From an uncultured Chloroflexia bacterium (GTDB lineage: Bacteria; Chloroflexota; Limnocylindria; Limnocylindrales; CSP1-4), in contig CAVWXU010000026.1 in NCBI GenBank assembly GCA_963759135.1, forward strand, positions 2,854 through 66,853: a stretch of 64,000 nt of DNA, read 5' to 3'. The position numbers and the translations under genes were made by a program. Every line of letters begins with the position of its first letter. Positions within the stretch are counted from its first letter, which is position 1. The notes beneath the pieces are model-generated. The model was not told where the DNA came from, made no database searches, and saw only the letters and a list, made by a program, of their open reading frames with translations. Shown piece by piece: positions 1 through 8,781 of the stretch.

Positions 1-648
1 CCCCGGCAGGACGGTCACAAGTCTGTCACGAGACGTCCGAGCCGCTGCCCATGGCGGCCCTGCCCACCGCGTGGCGCGCCGCCCCGGCGTTCATTCGCGC
101 CAGTGGCGGGGGAGCTCGGTGCCGAGTGGGCTCAGGCGCCGGCCGCCGACGCGGTAGTCGGGCTGGGATGGCAGGGGCTGCTCCGAGACCTCGCGGCCGG
201 TGAACCGGTGGGGCGTCTCCCCCCGTGGCTCGGGCCGCTTCAGGCGCGCGCAGACGTGGCGGCGGTCAGCCGGGAGGACCTGCCGTCGGTGCGTGACGCG
301 GAGAGCCTGGAGCGCCTGCTCGCGCGGGCCGGCCAGGAACTCGCGGTCACGGCGGGTCGGTCCGGTGGCGTGTTGCTGCGCCGAGCGGCCGACGGGTTCG
401 GGCGTGCGAGGCGGTGGCAGGCCATCCCGGCGCGCCGCGAGGCGGACGCGACCGGAGCCGGGGACGTGTTCCTTGCCGCTCTGGTCGCTGCGCGGCTCGT
501 GCTCGGCCCCCGCCTGGCAAGCGGGCGGTCGGCCCTGCGGTTCGCCGCCGCAGCCGCATCGCTCTCCGTGGAGGACGTGGGGCTCAGAGGCGTGCCGGAT
601 CTGCCGGGCGTTCGCCGCCGGCTGCGTGAGGTCCCGGCCGGCGGGTGA
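1..648 (+). CDS. PfkB-family carbohydrate/nucleoside kinase, C-terminal part (5' end outside window or frame-disrupted)
   Basis: Track ORF 103..648; the frame stays open back to nt 1. DATGAGDVFLAAL near the C-terminus matches the PfkB DTxGAGD signature. Residues encoded before about nt 100 do not look protein-like, so the N-terminal boundary is unresolved. The 3' end overlaps the convergent mrfB-like gene by 65 nt. Confidence 0.55.
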   Translation, partial: PRQDGHKSVTRRPSRCPWRPCPPRGAPPRRSFAPVAGELGAEWAQAPAADAVVGLGWQGLLRDLAAGEPVGRLPPWLGPLQARADVAAVSREDLPSVRDAESLERLLARAGQELAVTAGRSGGVLLRRAADGFGRARRWQAIPARREADATGAGDVFLAALVAARLVLGPRLASGRSALRFAAAAASLSVEDVGLRGVPDLPGVRRRLREVPAGG

Positions 649-1960
649 GGCCCGCGAGGCGGCGCCGGAGCCGCGCGCGCCGGCGGGCGAGATCGTGCTG
701 CAGGCGCGGCAGTTCACGCCCCGGCGGAAGGTCACGCCCCAGCGGAGCGTGCCCCAGTGCAGCGTGCCGGTCCACCAGCGCCGACGCCCGGTCCGTGGCG
801 GCCAGGGCGGCCGCCGGATCCCGGCGCACGTGCTCGAGGTGCTTGGCGAGCTGCACCCAGGCGACGGCGGCGAACCCGCCGTGGGCATCGGCGATCTCAC
901 GCCACGCGTCGGCCGACTCCTCGTGGCGGCCGGCGAGCCGCAGCACGCGCGCTCTCTCGACGGCCAGCGTCTCTTTCTGGCGCTCGTCGGCAGCGTGCGC
1001 GACGGCCAGGTCGCAGCAGGCCAGTGCCTCCGCGAAACGACGCCGTCGCGCATATGCGCGACCAAGTGCCGCCACGTCCCCCGCAGGCTCGAACGCGCGC
1101 GAGGACGGGTCTGCGAGCGGCCCGGCCAGGTGCGCGAGCAGGAGCCCGAGCGAGACGACGTCCTGCCGGTTGTGATCGGCGACCGCACGCAGCGGCTCAG
1201 CCGACCCCGTGCGAAGGAACTCCAGGTACCGCGCCGGGACGAGGGCGCCGGTGACGTCGTTGTGACGCTGGACGCCGGCCACGTCCCGTTCCACGGTTGC
1301 CAGGCGGGCGTCGCCGAGGCGATGCCGCCAGAGCTGGCGTGCGACCGGCAGCAGGTCGAGGTGGCCGGCGTGCTCCGGAGCCTGGGAGAGATGGAGCCGG
1401 AAGCGGGCCACCAGGAGGGGCCAGTCGAACCCGCGCCCGTTGTACGTGACGAGCCAGGCGTCCGGCGGGATCGCGGCCCGCACGGCGGCGAGGAACGCGG
1501 GCTCGTCCGGCTGGTCCGGCAGCAGCAGTTGCTGCACGTCGAAGCGGTCGCCATCCCACGTACCCAGCCCGACCAGGAACGCGACGGTGCCGGCGGCCGT
1601 GCCAAGGCCGGTCGTCTCCGTGTCAAGGCACACGAGGGGATGCGCCGGATCGACGGGGTAGGGGAGGCCCGCGAGCCGCTCGAACGCGAGCGGCAGGTGG
1701 TGGGACGCGACGACCCGGACGACCCGGCCGTCCGCGCGGCGTTCCACTACGCCGCCGAGCGCCTCCGCGAGCCTGGTCGCCCGGTCCGGTCCGCGGGCCA
1801 GCGCGCTCGCGGGGCGTGCAGGGAAAGCGGCGGGGATGGCCGGCAACTCGTCCGGCCGAGTTGCTCGACCCTCCGCGGCCCGGAAACGCGCGAGGCGAGC
1901 AGCGAGGTCCGTTCCGGACGCGCCCGACACGGCCGCGGGTGGACGCGCGTCGAGATCCAT
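584..1960 (-). CDS. mrfB: RNase H-fold DEDDh 3'-5' exonuclease with C-terminal TPR-like helical domain (YprB/MrfB-like)
   Basis: In-frame ATG at 1960 inside the spurious 1330-aa track ORF 584..4576. Exonuclease motifs CLDTETTGL, YNGRGFDWPLL and HNRQDVVSL are followed by a helical-repeat tail. It lies 38 nt downstream of the MrfA-like helicase, as in B. subtilis yprA-yprB. Confidence 0.75.
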   Translation of the reverse strand: MDLDARPPAAVSGASGTDLAARLARFRAAEGRATRPDELPAIPAAFPARPASALARGPDRATRLAEALGGVVERRADGRVVRVVASHHLPLAFERLAGLPYPVDPAHPLVCLDTETTGLGTAAGTVAFLVGLGTWDGDRFDVQQLLLPDQPDEPAFLAAVRAAIPPDAWLVTYNGRGFDWPLLVARFRLHLSQAPEHAGHLDLLPVARQLWRHRLGDARLATVERDVAGVQRHNDVTGALVPARYLEFLRTGSAEPLRAVADHNRQDVVSLGLLLAHLAGPLADPSSRAFEPAGDVAALGRAYARRRRFAEALACCDLAVAHAADERQKETLAVERARVLRLAGRHEESADAWREIADAHGGFAAVAWVQLAKHLEHVRRDPAAALAATDRASALVDRHAALGHAPLGRDLPPGRELPRLQHDLARRRARLRRRLAGLTRRPGPHAAGGERPADPARL

Positions 1961-1998
1961 GGCCCGCAGCGTCGGATTGGCAGGTGCCAGCTCGGGTG

Positions 1999-4350
1999 TC
2001 ACGTCTCCACGGCCGTCGGGGCCAGGATCGCGCCAGACCCCTCGGTGCCGGATGCGCCTGCGCTCGCCACGCCGGACAGGTCGGCAAGCAGCCGCAGGGC
2101 CAGCCGCTTGCCGTCTCCGCCGGTTTCGAGCCGCGGGCCGGTGCATGCCGGGCAGCCAGCGTCGCAGCGGCACGCGTTCACCAGGTCGAAGGCGCCCGCC
2201 ACGAGCTCCGTGTGCCGCTCGAACAGCCGTGGCGCTAGTCCCACCCCGCCGGGCACGCCCTCGTAGAGGTAGACGACCGGCCGGCCCAGGTGCGGCGAGC
2301 GGACCTGGGCGACCATTCCCAGGTCGTGCGCGTCGCTCATCAGGAGGACGCTCGCCACCGCCTGGAGCGCCCGACCGGCCCCGACCAGGCCGACGTCGAG
2401 GTCGTGCCGGGCCCAGGCGCTGAATCGGGAAGCGTCGAGCGCGATCCAGTACGCGGTGGTGTGGAGCTCGATCTCGGGGAGGTGAATGCGCCCCCAGCCG
2501 AGGTTTTCGTTCGTCTGGAGCCGAAGCTTCTTGTAGACGGTCGCGAGGGAGCTGACCATGACCTCGCCGTGGGCGCGCTCCCCGGCCGCCGCCTCTGCAG
2601 CGGCGAACGTCTCGAGCGGCTTCAGCGTCACGGCCAGGTCCGCCTGCGTGTAGTGGTCGACGTCGACGCGCCGCACGTACGCCTTCCGCTCGTCCCAGTC
2701 GAGACGGTCCACGTGGTACTGGAGCGACTCGTGCAGGTAGATGGCGTCTTCGTGGACGAGCGTCGGCGCGGCAAACAGGTCGACCTCGCCGATCACGCGT
2801 GGCCGGTCGCCGGTGGTGTCGATGATGACGACGTTCTCGTCCGCGGCGCTGCGCAGCGAGATCTCGCTCGCGGGGAAATTCTCGCTGGCCCAGTACCAGC
2901 GCCCGTCGTCGGCCTGCCGCACGTGCCCTTCCTCGCCGAGGAACGCGAGGAGATCGTCCGCGGGCTCGGGGCCGAACCGCTCGCCGTTCCGGAACGGGAG
3001 TTCGAATGCCGCCGCCCGAAGATGCGCGAGCAGGACGTGCAGGTTGTCCGGGTCGAGGCGGGCCTCCTCGGGCGTCCGGTCGAGCACGTACTCCGGGTGG
3101 GTGGCAACGTACTGGTCCACGGCGCCTCCGCCGGCGACCAGCACCGATGCGCTGACGTCCTGCCGCCGGCCGGCGCGCCCCATCTGCTGGCGTGTGGCCG
3201 CGATCGACCCGGGGTAGCCGACGAGCACCGATGCGTCGAGCCCGCCCACGTCGACACCGAGCTCGAGCGCGTTCGTGCTGACCACGCCCAGCAGCTCGCC
3301 GGAGCGCAGGCCCCGCTCGATCGCGCGGCGCTCGGAGGGGAGGTACCCGCCGCGGTAGCCCCGCACCCGGTCGCCCGGGCCGCGGCCCTCCCGCATCGCG
3401 TCGCGCAGGGCCGTGAGCAGCAGCTCGACGCTGACACGTGAACGACCGAAGACGATGGTCTGGTGCCCGGAGCGCAGGAGCGCCAGGGCGACCCGCTCTG
3501 CGAGGGCGAACGAGCTGGCGCGCGCACCCAGCGCCGGATCCAGCAGCGGGGGGTCCAGGACCAGGACGTGCCGCTCGCCCGATGGCGCTCCGCTCTCGTC
3601 GATGCAGAGCGACTCGCGGCCGGTCAGCAGCCGCGCGAGCTCGGCTGGGTTGCCGATCGTGGCCGACGAGCAGGCGATCACGGGTCGCGTGCCGTAGTGC
3701 TCGCATACGCGCAGGAGGCGGCGCAGGACGTTCGCGACGTGGCTCCCGAAGACGCCGCGATAGGTGTGCAGCTCGTCGATCACCACGTACCGCAGCTGCT
3801 CGAACAGCTGGAACCACTTGGTGTGATGGGGAAGGATGGCCGCGTGCAGCATGTCCGGGTTGGTGACCACGACCTGCCCGGCCGACCGGACGGTCGAGCG
3901 GACCGGGGCCGGCGTATCGCCGTCGTAGGTCGCGCAGGCGACGTCCAGCCCGGAGGCCGCGGCCAGCTCGCGGAAGGCGGCCACCTGGTCCTGGCCGAGG
4001 GCCTTGGTCGGGAACAGGTAGAGCGCGCGGGCGGCCGGATCGTCCGCCACCGCCTGCAGCACGGGCAGGTTGTAGCAGAGCGTCTTGCCCGAGGCCGTCG
4101 GAGTCACCACCACGACGTCCCGCCCGGCGTGCAGGGCGTCCGCGGCCGTTGCCTGGTGGGTCCACAGGCGACCGAGCCCCCGTGTGGCGAGGCCCGAGGC
4201 GATGCGGGGATCGACCCAGTCGGGGAGCCGGGCGAAGCGGGCCTCCGCGGCCGGGACGACCCGGTGCGCCACCACGGATCGCGCGACGACGGGGTCGTCG
4301 AGCAGCCGCTCCAGGACTTCCGTCAAGGGTGAGGGTGCGTACAGCCGCAT
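1999..4350 (-). CDS. mrfA: DEAD/DEAH-box helicase with C-terminal DUF1998/MrfA zinc-binding domain (YprA/MrfA-like)
   Basis: ATG at 4350 (residue 131 of track ORF 1999..4740) is preceded by GGAGG. Walker A VTPTASGKT, DELH box (VIDELH), helicase C-domain motifs and a C-terminal four-Cys cluster CRCDAGCPACTG; 783 aa. Confidence 0.85.
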   Translation of the reverse strand: MRLYAPSPLTEVLERLLDDPVVARSVVAHRVVPAAEARFARLPDWVDPRIASGLATRGLGRLWTHQATAADALHAGRDVVVVTPTASGKTLCYNLPVLQAVADDPAARALYLFPTKALGQDQVAAFRELAAASGLDVACATYDGDTPAPVRSTVRSAGQVVVTNPDMLHAAILPHHTKWFQLFEQLRYVVIDELHTYRGVFGSHVANVLRRLLRVCEHYGTRPVIACSSATIGNPAELARLLTGRESLCIDESGAPSGERHVLVLDPPLLDPALGARASSFALAERVALALLRSGHQTIVFGRSRVSVELLLTALRDAMREGRGPGDRVRGYRGGYLPSERRAIERGLRSGELLGVVSTNALELGVDVGGLDASVLVGYPGSIAATRQQMGRAGRRQDVSASVLVAGGGAVDQYVATHPEYVLDRTPEEARLDPDNLHVLLAHLRAAAFELPFRNGERFGPEPADDLLAFLGEEGHVRQADDGRWYWASENFPASEISLRSAADENVVIIDTTGDRPRVIGEVDLFAAPTLVHEDAIYLHESLQYHVDRLDWDERKAYVRRVDVDHYTQADLAVTLKPLETFAAAEAAAGERAHGEVMVSSLATVYKKLRLQTNENLGWGRIHLPEIELHTTAYWIALDASRFSAWARHDLDVGLVGAGRALQAVASVLLMSDAHDLGMVAQVRSPHLGRPVVYLYEGVPGGVGLAPRLFERHTELVAGAFDLVNACRCDAGCPACTGPRLETGGDGKRLALRLLADLSGVASAGASGTEGSGAILAPTAVET

Positions 4351-4425
4351 GCTGCCTCCGGTTGAGACCTCTCCGGCCAGGCGTCCGGGATGGAGACCAG
4401 GGGTCCTGGGTCGCACGTCTCCAAT

Positions 4426-4439
4426 CGAACGCCTGTTCT
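4426..4439. promoter_or_regulatory. Candidate LexA (Cheo-type SOS) box CGAACGCCTGTTCT
   Basis: GAAC-N4-GTTC palindrome with a perfect TCGAAC left arm. It lies 76 nt upstream of the mrfA ATG, immediately downstream of the predicted minus-strand -10 element. Confidence 0.5.
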
Positions 4440-4447
4440 GTTGGGGC

Positions 4448-4456
4448 AGTGTAGCA
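4448..4456 (-). promoter_or_regulatory. Extended -10 element (TGCTACACT on minus strand) of putative mrfA-mrfB promoter
   Basis: Reverse complement of agtgtagca. The same 9-mer TGCTACACT also precedes topA at 24424. A TTGTGG -35-like hexamer lies 16 nt upstream. Confidence 0.4.
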
Positions 4457-4569
4457 GGGGGCGCAACGGCCACAATCGGTCGTTTCGTTGGCCACAATCC
4501 GTTGCGCGAGACGCCTGCCGCGGCTTTGCGGCCGCACCTCGCGCCGTCCACACCGCACCTCGGGCCGGC

Positions 4570-4598
4570 TTGACACCGTTCGCCGGCGCAGCTACGGT
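4570..4598 (+). promoter_or_regulatory. Sigma-70-like promoter TTGACA-N17-TACGGT, 7 nt upstream of ATG 4606 (leaderless)
   Basis: Perfect -35 TTGACA (4570-4575), 17-nt spacer, -10 TACGGT (4593-4598), then 7 nt to the ATG with no Shine-Dalgarno. Confidence 0.6.
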
Positions 4599-4605
4599 GC
4601 GCTCG

Positions 4606-5187
4606 ATGCGATCCGACGATCCGGCCAGCCAGCCCGACCGCGCTCGGCTCGGCGAGCAGCGCACCGGCTTCGGAGCAATGGTCGACGCCCCTGGTGGGTC
4701 GACCACCCGTGCCGGCCTTGCGCAGGGGCAGGGCACGCATGGGCAGGCCACGCAGCCGCAGGGCCCGCAGCCGCAGGCCTCGCAGGGGCAGGCCGCGCAG
4801 CCGCGCCTGGGGATCGCGGGCCTGGATCGGCGGACCCTGACGCTCGTCGGCGCCGCCCTCCTGGTGGCGTGGCTCGTCCTGGTGTTCGGTCGGGCCATCT
4901 CGCAGTCGAACGAGGTGGCGGCACAGGCGGCGATGCTGCGTACGCAGGACGCCGCGCTCTCACAGCAGGTTGCCGATCGTCAGGCCGAGCTCTCCGTCAT
5001 CCAGTCTCCGGCGTTCCTCGCCCTCGAGGCGCGCGCGTACGGCTACGGCAAGTCGAGCGAGCAGGTGTTCGCCCTCCAGCCGGGCGCGCCGGCGCCGCCA
5101 TCGATCACCCCGCTCGGCGCAGAGCCCTCTCCGGCGCCCCCGCCCGCGCCGCTGGACGCCTGGCTGCAACTGTTGGTCGGCCGCTGA
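4606..5187 (+). CDS. Septum formation initiator family protein (FtsB/DivIC-like), single-pass membrane
   Basis: Internal ATG of track ORF 4390..5187. Low-complexity Q/G-rich N-terminus, TM LTLVGAALLVAWLVLVF, coiled coil (AAQAAMLRTQDAALSQQVADRQAEL) and a DivIC-like tail (SPAFLALEARAYGYGKSSEQVF). Confidence 0.6.
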   Translation: MRSDDPASQPDRARLGEQRTGFGAMVDAPGGSTTRAGLAQGQGTHGQATQPQGPQPQASQGQAAQPRLGIAGLDRRTLTLVGAALLVAWLVLVFGRAISQSNEVAAQAAMLRTQDAALSQQVADRQAELSVIQSPAFLALEARAYGYGKSSEQVFALQPGAPAPPSITPLGAEPSPAPPPAPLDAWLQLLVGR

Positions 5188-5272
5188 GGCCACGGGACCG
5201 CTGGAGGCCGGCGTAGCATCGGCCGGGCAGCCTTCGTCGATCCGGCGTGCGCAGGCGACAGGGGAGGGCGAC

Positions 5273-6085
5273 ATGGGGGTCCGCGATACGGGCTCGACGG
5301 CCCGGGCGGGACACAGCACCCGCGCCTCGACGCGGGTGACGCCGCGCGTGAAGCAGGGCGAGGCGCGCATCCCTGCCGAGGCGGTAGAGGGCGCGCCGGT
5401 GGAGCCGCCGCACGGCGCGTTCGCTGTCACGCCCAGGACCGAAGTGCGGCGCGCCGACCGCGCTTCGTACGAGCGCGCGGTGGTGTACGCGATCCTCGAC
5501 GAGGCGCTTGTCAGCCACGTGGGCTTTGCGATCGACGGCACGCCCTTCGTCATCCCGATGCTGCACGGGCGAGTCGGGGACACGCTGTTCCTGCACGGCC
5601 TGCCCGCGACCCGCCTCATCCGGCATCTCGGCCACGGGGCGCCGGCGTGCGTGGAGGCGACGCTGCTGGACGGCCTCGTGATGGCGCGCTCGTCGTTCCA
5701 CCATTCGCTGAACTATCGCTCCGCCGTGGTGCTCGGGACCGCCCGCCTGGTCCGCGACCCGGTCGAAAAGCTCGCCGGGCTGCGCGCGATCGTCGAGCAC
5801 GTGGCTCCGGGACGCTGGGACGACGCCCGCCGCCCGAGCCGGCTCGAGCTGCGACAGACACACGTCGTGGCCGTCCCGATCGAGGAGGCGTCGGCGAAGG
5901 TTCGAACAGGGCCGCCGGTGGATGACCCGCGTGACCTCGGGCTGCCGGTGTGGGCGGGCGTGATTCCCGTCGAGACGACCCTGGGCGTTCCGTCTCGCGT
6001 CGGCGTGGACGGCGTGGCCGCGGACTTGCCGGGCTACCTGGCCCGGCTGGTCGGGCGGCACGGTGCGCCGGCCGGCGGCGCATGA
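5273..6085 (+). CDS. Pyridoxamine 5'-phosphate oxidase-family FMN-binding protein
   Basis: ATG 5273 is preceded by GGGGAGGG, inside track ORF 4970..6085. The core RASYERAVVYAILDEALVSHVGFAIDGTPFVIPMLHGRVGDTLFLHG is typical of the split-barrel PNPOx-like family. The first 50 aa or so are of uncertain reality. Confidence 0.7.
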   Translation: MGVRDTGSTARAGHSTRASTRVTPRVKQGEARIPAEAVEGAPVEPPHGAFAVTPRTEVRRADRASYERAVVYAILDEALVSHVGFAIDGTPFVIPMLHGRVGDTLFLHGLPATRLIRHLGHGAPACVEATLLDGLVMARSSFHHSLNYRSAVVLGTARLVRDPVEKLAGLRAIVEHVAPGRWDDARRPSRLELRQTHVVAVPIEEASAKVRTGPPVDDPRDLGLPVWAGVIPVETTLGVPSRVGVDGVAADLPGYLARLVGRHGAPAGGA

Positions 6086-6180
6086 TCCTGGCCGCACCGG
6101 CCATCCGGATCGTGGGCCTGGTCAGGGTCGACGGGTTGGCGACCACGGTGACAGGTTGGCGACCACGACGCCGATGTCGG

Positions 6181-6186
6181 TAGAAT
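6181..6186 (+). promoter_or_regulatory. -10 element TAGAAT upstream of tRNA
   Basis: TAGAAT lies 52 nt upstream of the tRNA 5' end. TTGGCG occurs 19 nt upstream, inside a 2 x 14-nt direct repeat GGTTGGCGACCACG (6134-6147, 6154-6167). Confidence 0.4.
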
Positions 6187-6238
6187 GCGGGCCGGCAGGG
6201 CTGCGCTCAGCCGAGCGTGCCGTGGCCGAATCCGCGGC

Positions 6239-6313
6239 GGCGGAGTAGCTCAGCGGTAGAGCAGGGGACTCATAAGCCCTTGGTCGGTGGTTCGAATCCG
6301 CCCTCCGCTACCA
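6239..6313 (+). tRNA. tRNA with CAU anticodon (elongator Met, or Ile2 if lysidine-modified), CCA encoded
   Basis: Hand-folded cloverleaf. Acceptor GGCGGAG/CTCCGCT (G1:U72), D arm GCTC-AGCGGTA-GAGC, anticodon loop CTCATAA (CAT at 6271-6273), variable loop TGGTC, T arm GGTGG-TTCGAAT-CCGCC, discriminator A plus CCA. Confidence 0.95.
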
Positions 6314-6588
6314 GAATCGACCTCCCGGACCGGCAGCAGGGTCGCGGCCCCGTGGCGCAGGCCGCGGTGGCGCCGGCGCGCACTGGTCGTGCGACGCGTA
6401 CCGCGCCGCCGCCGACCTGGCCTTCACACGCACGCTCGCCTTCCTGAGCCGCGACAATCGCAACGCCGTCGGGCTGACCGTTGCCGCGACCACGCGGCAC
6501 GCGCGCGATCACGCGTCGCGGGTGCCGCTGCCGGTTCTCCAGGACGGTGGCGTCGGGGTCAGCCTCGTCGCGGCGGGCGGTACGGGCC

Positions 6589-6594
6589 TATAAT
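6589..6594 (+). promoter_or_regulatory. -10 element TATAAT upstream of ftsH
   Basis: Consensus TATAAT in an otherwise GC-rich spacer, 60 nt upstream of the ftsH TTG start. The leader contains the palindrome CCGCGGTTACCGCGG and SD GGAGGG. Confidence 0.45.
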
Positions 6595-6653
6595 CCCGGG
6601 ACGCCACCGCGGTTACCGCGGCGCGCACCGTTGGACCCGGAGGGTCACTTCTC

Positions 6654-8633
6654 TTGAACACGCGATTCCTCAGAAACGGCATCGTGATGCTTGTCCTCGT
6701 CGTGGGGACGGCCGCGCTGCTGTACACCGTCTTCATGCCGGCGCCCGCCAGTGGCGACATCCCCTACAGCGGCGGCACCGGGTCGTTCCTCGGCCTGGTG
6801 AAGGCCGGCGACGTCTCGCAGGTCATCGAGCAGGGCACCGAGCTCACCATCACGCTCAACGACGGCGCCCACACCCAGAAGACCAGCCAGGTGCCCGGCA
6901 CGCTGGGCGACAACCTGCTGGCGGACATCCGCGCCACCTGCGCGGAGTCGGGCGCGGTGGCCAACTGCATGAGCGTGACCGTCATCCCCCAGCAGGCCTC
7001 GCAGACCGGTCAGTGGCTGGGCCTGCTCATCAGCGCCCTGCTGCCGGTCCTCCTCATCGGGGGCTTCATCTTCATCATGATGCGCCAGGCCCAGGGCACC
7101 AACAACCAGGCCATGAGCTTCGGCAAGAGCCGCGCGCGCATGTTCCTGGGCAACAAGACCGTCGTGACGTTCTCCGACGTGGCCGGCGTGGACGAGGCCA
7201 AGGCCGAGCTGCAGGAGGTCGTGGAGTTCCTGAAATACCCCGAGAAGTTCAACTCGCTCGGGGCGCGCATCCCCCGCGGCGTGCTCCTCATCGGCTCGCC
7301 CGGCACGGGCAAGACGCTCCTCGCGCGGGCCGTGGCCGGCGAGGCCGGCGTGCCCTTCTTCAGCATCTCGGGCTCCGAGTTCGTGGAGATGTTCGTGGGC
7401 GTGGGGGCCTCGCGGGTGCGCGACCTCTTCGACCAGGCCAAGCGCAACAGCCCCTGCATCGTGTTCGTCGACGAGATCGACGCGGTGGGCCGCCAGCGCG
7501 GCGCCGGTCTGGGCGGCTCGCACGACGAGCGCGAGCAGACGCTCAACCAGATCCTCGTCGAGATGGACGGCTTCGACACGAACACCAACGTCATCGTGGT
7601 GGCCGCCACCAACCGGCCCGACGTGCTCGACCCGGCCCTCCTGCGGCCGGGCCGCTTCGACCGCCAGGTCATCCTCGACCGGCCCGACATGAAGGGGCGC
7701 CTGGAGATCCTGCGCGTGCACGTGCGGGGCAAGCCGCTCGACAAGGCGCTCGACCTCGAGTCGATCGCCCGCTCCTCGCCCGGCTTCAGCGGCGCCGACC
7801 TGGCCAACATCGTCAACGAGGCGGCCATCCTGGCCGCCCGCCGCAACAAGAAGGTCATCGGCGGGGCCGAGTTCAGCGAGGCCCTCGACCGCGTCATGGC
7901 CGGCCCCGAGCGCAAGAGCCGCATCATCAGCGACGCCGAGAAGGCCATCATCGCCTACCACGAGGGCGGGCACGCCCTCGTGCAGCGCATCCTGCCCAAG
8001 TGCGACCCCGTCACGAAGGTGACCATCATCAGCCGCGGCATGGCTCTCGGCTACACCATGGCCCTGCCCGAGGAGGACCGCTACCTGCAGTCGAAGTCCG
8101 AGTTCGAGGACAAGATCGCGGGCCTCCTGGGCGGCAACGCCTCGGAGAAGCTCGTCTTCGGCGACACCACGACGGGCGCCTCCAACGACATCGAGAAGGC
8201 CACCAACCTGGCGCGCAAGATGGTCACCGAGTACGGCATGAGCGAGAAGCTGGGGCCCCTGGCCCTGGGCAAGCGCGAGGAGATGGTCTTCCTGGGCCGC
8301 GAGATCGGCGAGCAGCGCAACTACTCCGACGAGGTGGCCAAGCAGATCGACGACGAGGTGCGCACCATCATCGACCGGGGCTACGCGCGGGCCATGGAGG
8401 TCCTCTCCGCCTACCGCGACCGCCTCGACACCCTGGCCCAGCGCCTGGTGGCCGAGGAGACGCTCGACCACGCCGAGTTCGAGAAGATCTTCGCCGACCT
8501 GCCCGACCCGCGCAAGGAACAGGGCGGACCGACGCCGCGGCCCATCGGCGTGCTGACCCCGGACCACCGCCTTCCCGCCGACGGCCCGGCCCCCTCCGGC
8601 CCGGCCCCGGCACCGTCCCCGTCGCCCGCGTAG
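6654..8633 (+). CDS. ftsH: ATP-dependent zinc metalloprotease FtsH
   Basis: Track ORF with TTG start after GGAGGG. Two N-terminal TM segments, AAA+ Walker A GSPGTGKT, Walker [12 protein letters not shown], and zinc motif HEGGHA. Confidence 0.97.
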   Translation: MNTRFLRNGIVMLVLVVGTAALLYTVFMPAPASGDIPYSGGTGSFLGLVKAGDVSQVIEQGTELTITLNDGAHTQKTSQVPGTLGDNLLADIRATCAESGAVANCMSVTVIPQQASQTGQWLGLLISALLPVLLIGGFIFIMMRQAQGTNNQAMSFGKSRARMFLGNKTVVTFSDVAGVDEAKAELQEVVEFLKYPEKFNSLGARIPRGVLLIGSPGTGKTLLARAVAGEAGVPFFSISGSEFVEMFVGVGASRVRDLFDQAKRNSPCIVFVDEIDAVGRQRGAGLGGSHDEREQTLNQILVEMDGFDTNTNVIVVAATNRPDVLDPALLRPGRFDRQVILDRPDMKGRLEILRVHVRGKPLDKALDLESIARSSPGFSGADLANIVNEAAILAARRNKKVIGGAEFSEALDRVMAGPERKSRIISDAEKAIIAYHEGGHALVQRILPKCDPVTKVTIISRGMALGYTMALPEEDRYLQSKSEFEDKIAGLLGGNASEKLVFGDTTTGASNDIEKATNLARKMVTEYGMSEKLGPLALGKREEMVFLGREIGEQRNYSDEVAKQIDDEVRTIIDRGYARAMEVLSAYRDRLDTLAQRLVAEETLDHAEFEKIFADLPDPRKEQGGPTPRPIGVLTPDHRLPADGPAPSGPAPAPSPSPA

Positions 8634-8676
8634 GCGGCGGCCCGGCAACGGGTCGGGTGGACATCGGGAGCGCAAC

Positions 8677-8709
8677 GTGATGCGGCGGGTCGCGCGGCCC
8701 GCCCATCAC
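8677..8709 (+). terminator. GC-rich hairpin downstream of ftsH (possible terminator or stabiliser)
   Basis: GTGATGCGGCGGG-tcgcgcgg-CCCGCCCATCAC forms a 12-bp stem with one bulge, 44 nt after the ftsH stop. There is no U-tract, so function is uncertain. Confidence 0.3.
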
Positions 8710-8752
8710 GCACGGCCCGAGCTGCCATGCTGTCGGATCTCGCACGGTCGGA

Positions 8753-8761
8753 TGCTATGAT
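8753..8761 (+). promoter_or_regulatory. Extended -10 element TGCTATGAT upstream of the DnaB-like ATPase operon
   Basis: TGnTATGAT lies about 20 nt upstream of GGAGG (8778-8782) and the first in-frame starts (GTG 8782, GTG 8794). Confidence 0.45.
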
Positions 8762-8781
8762 CGCGGCAAGTTCGCCCGGAG

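Noticed and set aside
584-4350. DUF1998-containing helicase plus nuclease considered as a DISARM/Dpd-like anti-phage defence module.
   Set aside because: DUF1998 is fused to the helicase in one polypeptide, and the partner is a DEDDh exonuclease-TPR protein. That is the YprA/YprB (MrfA/MrfB) repair architecture. There is no methyltransferase, PLD nuclease or separate DrmB-like gene, and a LexA-type box lies upstream.
6314-6588. The 275-bp gap after the tRNA contains a protein-like open frame (…AYRAAADLAFTRTLAFLSRDNRNAVGLTVAATTRH…); considered as the remnant of an integrated element.
   Set aside because: No start codon gives a sizeable ORF, I recognise no family motif, there is no integrase or direct repeat of the tRNA 3' end, and open frames arise by chance at this GC content.
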